From: Candidatus Xenobia bacterium
GTDB taxonomy: Bacteria; Vulcanimicrobiota; Xenobia; Xenobiales; QWHO01
DNA: 34,438 nucleotides
Assembly: GCA_045863235.1 (NCBI GenBank)
Contig: BTUM01000083.1
Span: 1 to 34,438 of the forward strand
Reading direction: 5' to 3'
Part shown: one piece after another, positions 25,754-32,949 of the stretch
Position numbering within the stretch: position 1 is the first letter of the stretch
Layout: each line of letters begins with the position of its first letter
Program-made: the position numbers and the translations under genes
The notes under the pieces: model-generated
Databases searched by the model: none
Seen by the model: the letters and a program-made list of their open reading frames with translations, nothing else
Told to the model about the DNA's origin: nothing

Positions 25754-28015
25754 TCACTCCGACGGCTCGGCAGGCTTTCCCTGCAGCCGGAGCAGGAAGT
25801 GAGCCCCCGGATGATCGGGCTCCAGCACCAGCTCTCCGCCGTGCTGCTTGACGATTTGCAGGCTCACCGACAGCCCCAGGCCGGTCCCGCGCCCCACGGG
25901 CTTGGTGGTGAAGAACGGGTCGAAGATCTTGTCGCGCACTTCGCTCGGAACGCCCGGACCATCGTCTTCGACGCGAAGCTCGACCCGGTCGTCCCGGGCG
26001 GCGGTGTGAATGGTGACCCGGCTGCGCGCGGCATCGCGCGCGTTGACGAGCAGGTTGAGCACGACCTGCTGCAGTTCCCCGGCGTTGGCCCGCACCGCAG
26101 GCAGCTCTTCGAGCTGAGGCTCGAGGGCAATGTTTGCCTCACTGTACGAGTGACGCACGATTTCCAGGCTGTCCTGCACCACCTGGTTGAGGTCCACGTC
26201 GGTCTGCACCCGGGAACCCTCGCGGGCATAGTAGAGCAACCGCGCGACGATCTCCTGGGCGCGCTCGAGCGATGTCATGGCGGTGGTCAGGTGATGCTTC
26301 GAGCGCTCGGGTCGCTGCTCGAGCAGCCGGCTGGCCTGGCTGATGGCGACCTTGACCGCACCGAGCGGCGAGTTCATCTCATGGGCCACCCCGGCGGCCA
26401 GTTGGCCGACCGCGGCCAGCTTGGCCGACTGGATCAGCTGAGCCTCCGACTCCTGCAGGAGTCGATGGGCTTCGGCATTCTGCAGGGCGATGCCAGCGTG
26501 AAAGGCCAGGATTCCCATCAAGTGCTGGTGCTCGCGCGTGAGCGCCCCGCTCTGGCGGGCACTCACGACCACGCCGTAGTTTGAGCCGACCAGGGGAAAG
26601 GCGAGCAGGCAGGCCATTCCCTGCCGAGCGTATGGCGAGCCATCCATCTGCTCGAGCAGGAGCGGCGCCTGACGCTCCTGCAAGAGCTCGAGCAGAGGGC
26701 CCTCGGTGATCAGCTCGTACTGGTCGTGCGGCACCATCGCGCCAACCCACTGCTCGAGGTGCTCGAGGGGCTGGCGCAGGTTGCTCGAGAGCGCTCGCGA
26801 GGCCTCCAGCAAAAGGTCGAGGCGGGCGAGCCAATCCTGCAGCTTGCGGGCTGTGCGCGCGCCACGCTCGGCGTCCTGGTAGCGACCGACCGAGTGCAAA
26901 GCGACACCTGCCTGACGGGCCAGCACCGAGATCAGGTGGACCTGCCGCTGCGAAAGGGTCTGGGGTCCGCCCACGTAGAGCACGCCCAGGTCTGCGATGG
27001 GCGCGGCCACACAGCGCTCGACGAAGACCTGAGAGGTGGCTTGCACCGGCTGGCCCGATTCATGAGCCTGCTCGGCCGCCTGCTCGCGCAACCCCAGCAG
27101 GTCCCAGGAGCGCAGTTTCTCTGCCAGCGGGCTGCGGTAACGCAGGGGTGCCAGTCGGCCCTGCTCGACGACGAAGATCACCACGCTCTGGCTGGGGATG
27201 ATCCGGTGGGTGGCATTCAAGATCAGCTCCAGCACGCGCTCGCGTGAGTCGGCCGAGGTGAGGCGGGCGGTCAGCTCGTCGAGCAGCGAGAAGGCGTCGA
27301 CCTGCTCGTGCAGGGTGCGGCGAGCGTCGCCAAGCACCTCCTGTGTCTCCTCGAGCTCGCCCTCCAGTCGCCGGATCTGCCCGGCCATCCGGTTGCGCAC
27401 GAACAGTTCGGCCTGCTCGGCTTCCAGGCGGGCTGTGCGCCAGAGCCAGGGGAGCAGCGCGACGACCCAGAGGCCGCGCCAGGGGTCCTGCATCATCAGC
27501 AGGGCCACCAGCGCGCCCAGGCCTATGGTGGCCAGCCGCAGCGGGAGGGCGCGCAGGAGCACACGGTCGCCCCTGGTGTTGAGCAGCATGTGCAGGGCCA
27601 GGTAGAGCTGCCCTGCTGCCAGAACCGCAATTAGAATCGGCACGGGAGACCCGGCCCAGGAGGAGCCGCTCACTTGCTGCAAGACGGCCAGCGAGGCCAG
27701 GGTCGGCATGGCGTCGAGCAACAGCTCATGACCCGTGAGTGCGGCCGACCGGGCCGGACGGAGGGCTGCTCGAGCTCCCAGGCCGATGGTGACGAGCACG
27801 GTGGCCCAGCCGTAGCCGTACAACAGGGCGGCCGCCAGATAGAAGAGGTAGGCGCCCGAGAGGAAGCCATACCCGAGGAGGCGGGGGGCCCTGAGCTCGG
27901 CGACCACGGCGCCCAGAATCAGCAGCAACAGCCCGGGCCCCGGTGGAGGGGGACCGGTGCTGAGAGCTCCCCAGAGCCACAGGGCCAGGGCTCCGACGCT
28001 CAGGATGCGAGTCAC
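25754..28015 (-). CDS. membrane sensor histidine kinase with GAF domains
   Basis: N-terminal multi-TM region, GAF-like segments (LGVLYVG..LARQAGVAL; LAFHAGIALQNA), AHEMNSPL, NLLVNARDA, DDGPG, DPFFTTKPVGRGTGLGL. Confidence 0.9.
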   Translation of the reverse strand: MTRILSVGALALWLWGALSTGPPPPGPGLLLLILGAVVAELRAPRLLGYGFLSGAYLFYLAAALLYGYGWATVLVTIGLGARAALRPARSAALTGHELLLDAMPTLASLAVLQQVSGSSWAGSPVPILIAVLAAGQLYLALHMLLNTRGDRVLLRALPLRLATIGLGALVALLMMQDPWRGLWVVALLPWLWRTARLEAEQAELFVRNRMAGQIRRLEGELEETQEVLGDARRTLHEQVDAFSLLDELTARLTSADSRERVLELILNATHRIIPSQSVVIFVVEQGRLAPLRYRSPLAEKLRSWDLLGLREQAAEQAHESGQPVQATSQVFVERCVAAPIADLGVLYVGGPQTLSQRQVHLISVLARQAGVALHSVGRYQDAERGARTARKLQDWLARLDLLLEASRALSSNLRQPLEHLEQWVGAMVPHDQYELITEGPLLELLQERQAPLLLEQMDGSPYARQGMACLLAFPLVGSNYGVVVSARQSGALTREHQHLMGILAFHAGIALQNAEAHRLLQESEAQLIQSAKLAAVGQLAAGVAHEMNSPLGAVKVAISQASRLLEQRPERSKHHLTTAMTSLERAQEIVARLLYYAREGSRVQTDVDLNQVVQDSLEIVRHSYSEANIALEPQLEELPAVRANAGELQQVVLNLLVNARDAARSRVTIHTAARDDRVELRVEDDGPGVPSEVRDKIFDPFFTTKPVGRGTGLGLSVSLQIVKQHGGELVLEPDHPGAHFLLRLQGKPAEPSE

Positions 28016-28021
28016 CCCTGG

Positions 28022-28030
28022 AACCTAGCA
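28022..28030 (-). promoter_or_regulatory. extended -10 promoter (TGcTAGGTT) for the leaderless kinase/regulator transcript
   Basis: TGCTAGGTT followed by 6 nt and the GTG at 28015; TGGACG 17 nt upstream of the hexamer. Confidence 0.55.
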
Positions 28031-28098
28031 CCGCGGAAGCTGAACGTCCAGTCATGGTTGTTGTCGCTCTGGTGGTGATGGATTACAATGCTCAGGCC

Positions 28099-29157
28099 AT
28101 GAGCGACCAGACTCTGCGCTGCAGCCGCGACCAGCTCATGCTGATGACGCGGCAGTTTGCCTGCCTGATGAGCTCGGGCGTAGGTGTGGCGCGCGCTCTT
28201 CAGACTCTGGCTGAGACCGAGGCGGAGCCGGGCCTGAAGCAGGCGCTGACTCAGATCCACGCGGATATCTGCCGGGGTCAGTATCTCTCCCGGGCCTGCG
28301 CCCGGCTGCCAGGAATTTTCTCGCCGGTCTATGTGGCCATGATCGAGACGGGCGAGTCCAGCGGCCGACTGAACGACCTGCTCCACCGTATGGCGTGCTG
28401 GCTCGAGCGCGAGTCGGATCTCCTCAAGCGGCTGCGCTCGGCTCTGATCTACCCCCTCACGGTCCTGACTCTTTCCTTGCTGATGCTTGTGGTCGTCTTC
28501 CTGACCGTGATCCCGGGTTTCTTGCAGGTCCTGATCGATGCCCGCGTGCCCCTGCCCTGGATGACCCGACTGACCTTCGCCCTGGCCGCTGCTGTGGCGA
28601 GCCCAGCGGCCTGGTTGCTGGCGGGCTGCCTGCTCCTTTTGCTGGCCGCGTTCGTGCGCGAGCGATTGGCCAGCGAGGCCGGTCGCGAGCAGCTCTACTC
28701 GCTGGCCCTGTCCGTTCCGGGCCTGCGCGAGCTTTTGACCTACGCCGCGGCGAGCCGCTTTGCCTCGGCCATGGCGGTGTTGCTGAACGCCGGGGTCGAC
28801 CTCCTGAAGAGCCTGCGTCTGGCTGCTCGCGTCAGCGGCAGCCCGGCACTCGTGCGCGAGCTCGAGGACGTGGTTCAGGCGGTGAAGGACGGCCAGGTGC
28901 TCTCGCAGAGACTGGCCGAGAGCCCTCACTGCCCGGCAATGTTGGCCCAACTGGTGGCAGTGGGCGAGCAGTCGGCCAAACTCGCGGAGATGTTCTCGCG
29001 CGGCGGCGAGTTCTACACTCTGGAGGTGCATCATCGCGTGGAGAGCCTGATGGCGCTGCTCGAGCCGGTGATGCTGGCCGGGCTGTCGCTTTTCGTGGGC
29101 TTCACGGCGGTTTCGCTGATGCTGCCACTGTATCGCATGGTGTCGTCGATCGCATGA
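28099..29157 (+). CDS. pilC: type IV pilus/T2SS platform protein PilC/GspF family
   Basis: TRQFACLMSSGV, GESSGRL, SALIYP, LPWMT, LLNAGVDL, VGEQSAKL, LLEPVM, LMLPLY; start ATG 28099 or 28078. Confidence 0.88.
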   Translation: MSDQTLRCSRDQLMLMTRQFACLMSSGVGVARALQTLAETEAEPGLKQALTQIHADICRGQYLSRACARLPGIFSPVYVAMIETGESSGRLNDLLHRMACWLERESDLLKRLRSALIYPLTVLTLSLLMLVVVFLTVIPGFLQVLIDARVPLPWMTRLTFALAAAVASPAAWLLAGCLLLLLAAFVRERLASEAGREQLYSLALSVPGLRELLTYAAASRFASAMAVLLNAGVDLLKSLRLAARVSGSPALVRELEDVVQAVKDGQVLSQRLAESPHCPAMLAQLVAVGEQSAKLAEMFSRGGEFYTLEVHHRVESLMALLEPVMLAGLSLFVGFTAVSLMLPLYRMVSSIA

Positions 29158-29168
29158 CCTGGAGTCGT

Positions 29169-29218
29169 TTGAAGGTCGAGCGTTCGGTCTTCACCGAGTT
29201 GTTACGCTGGACCTCAAG
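29169..29218. terminator. imperfect long hairpin between convergent genes, possible bidirectional terminator
   Basis: AGGTC.AGCG / CGCT.GACCT outer arms enclosing TCGGT-CTTC-ACCGA; no strong U-tract. Confidence 0.4.
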
Positions 29219-29224
29219 CTTTGC

Positions 29225-32200
29225 TTAGCGTCGTCCGGGTCTGAACCAGGTCAGGCCCCGGTTAGGTCCCGGGGGCATCCGGCCATCGGAAGTCAGGCCC
29301 GAAGAAACGTCTGCGCCCGCGCCGGAAGAGGCTACGAAACCGTCACCGCCCGCCACGGGCACTCCCAGAAGGTTGGCCACGCGCTGTGCATAGGCACGGC
29401 CGGCTCCGGTGCCCACATTGCATGCCAGCAGAACCACCGACATGCCTTCTTGCCAGTTTCCGCTCTGCCGGATCCGCTGGGCCAGATCCTCCGGGCCGAT
29501 CTCCCGGCTGGTGGCCGGAAGGCCGAAGGCCTCGGACCAGTATCTGACAACGCTTGGCATCAACCGCTGATCGCTGATGATCTCGCTGTTTCCGTGGCCG
29601 GTCACGACGAACATGCTCGGGTCCTTCGTCGCTGGGTGGTCAAGCCCGGTTCTGGCTTCGTCGAAGGGGCCAAAGAAGTCCAGGCTGCGAGGATTACCTG
29701 AGACCAGGCGTCCGAAGAAGTCGCTGACCGATGAAACAAGAGACCGGTCCGTAGTTGGGGGCAGGGGGGTAGCCGGGCTGGTCGGCGCGGCGCCCGCGGT
29801 AGCGGCGGACGGCGTGGCGGTAGGCTCAGCGGTAGGCTCGGCGGTAGGCTCGGCGGGTCGCTGGGCGGGCCTGGCTACAGTCTCCGGTATCCGGGCCGGT
29901 GCTCCTACCGTCAGGCGCTCCATCTCCTGCGGAGTCAGGGGAGACCCGAACCTCACCGCCTGCTCCATCTGCTGCGGGGTCAGCCCCGAGCGGTTGGTCA
30001 CGACGGGAGTTGCGTCAGGTCTACCCACAGCGGGAGACGTGCCATCCGAGGAAGCCACGGCTTGCTCCATCTGCTGTGGGGTCAGGCCCGAGCGGTTGGT
30101 GGTCAGAGGGGCGTCTTCGGCAGGTGCCACTATCTGCAGGCCCGAGCGGTTTTCGGTCACGCGGGCGCCGTCATCAGTCCAGTTCTCGTACGAGAAGTCC
30201 CAGCGGCCGTCCCGTCGAGGCGCACCCTGGCGAGTGCGGTTGACCATGATGTTGTCGATGTCGGCCCGGATGGCGTGGATCACCTCGGACGCAGGCCCCG
30301 TGGAGGGGCCGTCCTCCTCGAAGCTCTCGTCGCCGCCGCCATCGCCTTCCGGGAGGTCCGCGGACTCGGCTTCGAGCGTCTCCTGGTTGGCGGTCTGGAT
30401 GATGGAGGTGAGCAGGGAGCCGATCCGGCCGGTGTCGCCCGTATGCAGCGACTCGGCCAGTTGCACGAGCTGGACGGCGTTCGTGTTGGCATTGCCGAGC
30501 TCGACCTCGCTTGCGCTCCCGACCGCGCCCAGCAGGGCGGCCTGCAGGTCGAGGTCTTCGCCGTTGAGGCCCTGGCTGGCGAGCGTGGTCGTGAAGCCGC
30601 GGGAGAGGTCGCCCACCACTTCGACCAGGCCAGGATTGGCTCCAGCGTCCAGCGCGGCGTCCACGGCCAGCCCCTCGGCGCCGGCTCCGGCCAGCCCGGC
30701 GAGCTGGCCGGTCAGCAGGCCCTGTAGATCAATCTGACCCGTGGTGGCGAGCTGGTTGGTCGCGCCCGCCACCAGGTTGCGGGCCGCGGTGCCCAGCACG
30801 TTGGCATACTCGGCTACGTTCCCGCCGGCCTGGGTGGCCAGGCTGGTGACGCCAGTCTGGGCGCTCTGGGCGAGGGCGCCGCCGGCCTGGGAGAGCAGGT
30901 AGGCCTGGACCGCACCCACGACCCCGGAGTTGGGATCGGCGTCGGCATCGCCCGCCAGTTGGGCATGGCCGGCCATGTTGGCGCCCGCCACCGCCATGAT
31001 GCCCGCGCCTACGCCGGCGCCCACGCCGGTCATCACCAGGGCCTGGCCCACCTGGTAGGCGACCTGGTCCACCTGGTCATATTCGGCGGTCCGGCGCGCG
31101 AGCTCGGCGAAGGTGTCATTGCCGGTCTCGTTGGCGTGGGCGATCACGTCCACGGTGGCCTCCTGGTGGCCGACCACCTGGGACAGGAAGCCCTCCTCGT
31201 CGCCCAGGAGCTCCATGCCCTGGCGCAGCGGGCGGTTGAGGAACCGGTTGACATCCGAGACAGTGTCGGCGGCCAGCTCGCCGAGCTTGCCGCCGGGGAG
31301 GACGCGCGCCAGGTTGTTGAGCAGGCTGCCGAACAGGCCGCCCCGGGGGCGGGAGGTGCCGATGTGGGCGTTGCCGCCGTCGAGGTAGAGGCCGTCGATG
31401 TTCAGGCCGCCGTTGCCGGTGTCGATAACGCCGCCCGCCTGCAGGTAGTCGGCCGGGATGTGGGACAGGAAGTAGACCCCGGTCTCGTGCTCGTCCGGCA
31501 GGATCAGGCGACCGTCCTCGAGCATGAAGGCTTTGCCCAGCTCGGTGTAGCCTTCGGCCATGAGCGCCTGGCGCTGGTCCTGGCCGATGACCGAGAAGGC
31601 CTCGGCGGCGGAGATGGCCTGGAAGTCCTCGTTGCCGGTGAAGGAGCCCAGGTTGACGGCCTCGAGCTTGGCGGTGGCGGCATCACCCTGCTGCTGCTCG
31701 AGCTGGGCGCGCTGCAGGTGCTGCAGGTCCAGGCCGGTGATGCCCGTGGCGATGTCGACGAAACCGACGGCGTAGGAATCGCGCTCCTGCTCATTGGGCT
31801 GGCGGGGGGCCCAGCCGTCGTTGTCGCCCTGGATCCAGTAGCCCGTCACGTCGGGCGCGCCGGCGCGGTACGCCTCGTAGCGGGCCTGGGCGGCGGCCAG
31901 GTCGGGGTTGGCGAGCAACTGCTCGTCGCGGGAGTCGAGACCATAGGTGCCGCGGGAAGTGGGGGTCTCGGCGGCTCGGGCCTGGAGAATAGCGTTCTCG
32001 ACGCGGAGGATGTCGTTGCCGCGAATGCCCGTCTCGGGGTCGACATAGGCCTGGTTGTAGGCTTCACGCTCCTGCTGCGTAGGGGGACGGAGCCGAAAGC
32101 CGTCGTTGTCGCCCTGGATGTAGTATTCGGACACGTCGGGCATGGAGTTGAGGTAGGCCTGATAGCGTGCCTGCGCCGCCTGGAGGCTGGGATTGCTGGC

Positions 32201-32722
32201 CAGCTCACGGTCGGACTCGCTCAGGCCGGCCAGCCGCTCCGGGACATCGGGGCGCGTCTGGGGATTGGGATTCTCGCGCAGGCTGTCGGTCAGGGAGATG
32301 CTCTGCTGGACCTGCCCGGAGACGAGTTGGGCCGCGGCCTGCCAGAGGGAGTTGGAGCTGGAGGGCGCGGCCGTCTGGATGGCGGTGATGTTCCGGGTCG
32401 ACTCGATGGCGCCGCCCTGCGAGGAGGCCTCGCCCGGGCTGTAAGTCGCCGACTGAGCGGACGCGGGCTCGGAGGTCGCGACGCTCTCCAGCGGCCTGAC
32501 TTGAGCGCTTTGAGCTTCCGGCTCGGAGTCTCCGGCCACCTGGCTCCAGCCCCGCTGCAGCTCGTCGGACGAGGCCATCGCCTCGCGGGCCACCTCAGCC
32601 TGCTCGGCCGGCTGCATGACCGGCTGATCCGGCCGGGTCTGGGTGGCGGATGTCGATCGCAGCTCCTGGACTCGGGGCTCGAGATCGACCTGATGAACCC
32701 TCGTCGCACTCATCGCTGCCAT
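29225..32722 (-). CDS. large repeat-containing putative effector/toxin with C-terminal caspase-like (His-Cys) peptidase domain
   Basis: AGGAGG RBS 7 nt upstream; no Sec signal; internal repeats; Gly/Ala hydrophobic mid-region; VVTGHGN..LAQRIR..VVLLACNVG..YAQRVANLLGVPV. Confidence 0.7.
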   Translation of the reverse strand: MAAMSATRVHQVDLEPRVQELRSTSATQTRPDQPVMQPAEQAEVAREAMASSDELQRGWSQVAGDSEPEAQSAQVRPLESVATSEPASAQSATYSPGEASSQGGAIESTRNITAIQTAAPSSSNSLWQAAAQLVSGQVQQSISLTDSLRENPNPQTRPDVPERLAGLSESDRELASNPSLQAAQARYQAYLNSMPDVSEYYIQGDNDGFRLRPPTQQEREAYNQAYVDPETGIRGNDILRVENAILQARAAETPTSRGTYGLDSRDEQLLANPDLAAAQARYEAYRAGAPDVTGYWIQGDNDGWAPRQPNEQERDSYAVGFVDIATGITGLDLQHLQRAQLEQQQGDAATAKLEAVNLGSFTGNEDFQAISAAEAFSVIGQDQRQALMAEGYTELGKAFMLEDGRLILPDEHETGVYFLSHIPADYLQAGGVIDTGNGGLNIDGLYLDGGNAHIGTSRPRGGLFGSLLNNLARVLPGGKLGELAADTVSDVNRFLNRPLRQGMELLGDEEGFLSQVVGHQEATVDVIAHANETGNDTFAELARRTAEYDQVDQVAYQVGQALVMTGVGAGVGAGIMAVAGANMAGHAQLAGDADADPNSGVVGAVQAYLLSQAGGALAQSAQTGVTSLATQAGGNVAEYANVLGTAARNLVAGATNQLATTGQIDLQGLLTGQLAGLAGAGAEGLAVDAALDAGANPGLVEVVGDLSRGFTTTLASQGLNGEDLDLQAALLGAVGSASEVELGNANTNAVQLVQLAESLHTGDTGRIGSLLTSIIQTANQETLEAESADLPEGDGGGDESFEEDGPSTGPASEVIHAIRADIDNIMVNRTRQGAPRRDGRWDFSYENWTDDGARVTENRSGLQIVAPAEDAPLTTNRSGLTPQQMEQAVASSDGTSPAVGRPDATPVVTNRSGLTPQQMEQAVRFGSPLTPQEMERLTVGAPARIPETVARPAQRPAEPTAEPTAEPTATPSAATAGAAPTSPATPLPPTTDRSLVSSVSDFFGRLVSGNPRSLDFFGPFDEARTGLDHPATKDPSMFVVTGHGNSEIISDQRLMPSVVRYWSEAFGLPATSREIGPEDLAQRIRQSGNWQEGMSVVLLACNVGTGAGRAYAQRVANLLGVPVAGGDGFVASSGAGADVSSGLTSDGRMPPGPNRGLTWFRPGRR
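29815..29856 (-). repeat. 12-bp tandem repeat x3 encoding AEPT linker
   Basis: GCGGTAGGCTC(A/G) repeated on the + strand. Confidence 0.8.
29912..30160 (-). repeat. intragenic TNRSGLTPQQMEQAV repeats (two full, two partial)
   Basis: near-identical nucleotide copies at about 29955-29998 and 30057-30100; partial ENRSGL and LTPQEME copies. Confidence 0.8.
31660..32227 (-). repeat. tandem duplication of a 95-aa domain containing IQGDNDG
   Basis: NP.L.AAQARY.AY...PDV..Y.IQGDNDG...R.P..QER..Y....VD..TGI.G.D occurs twice at a 285-nt period; outer boundaries approximate. Confidence 0.85.
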
Positions 32723-32895
32723 CTTACGTCCTCCTGGCTTGTTCTGTTGACTCTGCCAGGATACGAGACCGGGGACACCATGCGTCCGACTGGACCGCTC
32801 GAGTGTTGCCAGAATGTTAACAGGTTATTGCTGAGTTGTTGCCGTCCTCGGGTTGCACCGGCGGCTCGAAGGTCGGTCGACCCGACGAGCAGCTC

Positions 32896-32931
32896 GTCTA
32901 CCCTGGCGCGCTCGAGCACGCCAGGGTAGAC
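32896..32931 (-). terminator. 36-nt near-perfect hairpin just downstream of the 33936 gene
   Basis: GTCTACCCTGGCG/CGCCAGGGTAGAC 13-bp arms plus inner GCTCGAGC; the single mismatch is a U-G pair on the minus strand; no U-tract. Confidence 0.55.
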
Positions 32932-32949
32932 CTCACAGGGCTTAACCAA

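Noticed and set aside
19812..29225. Impression of a compositional shift suggesting an island or chimeric join
   Set aside because: Not quantifiable by eye, with no tRNA, integrase or flanking direct repeats; tetranucleotide and read-coverage analysis would be required
3244..32929. Long opposite-strand or off-frame ORFs (e.g. 3244..5076, 6109..7602, 10851..12971, 28012..29034, 30959..32929)
   Set aside because: They shadow well-supported genes, show no family motifs, and are expected in high-GC DNA
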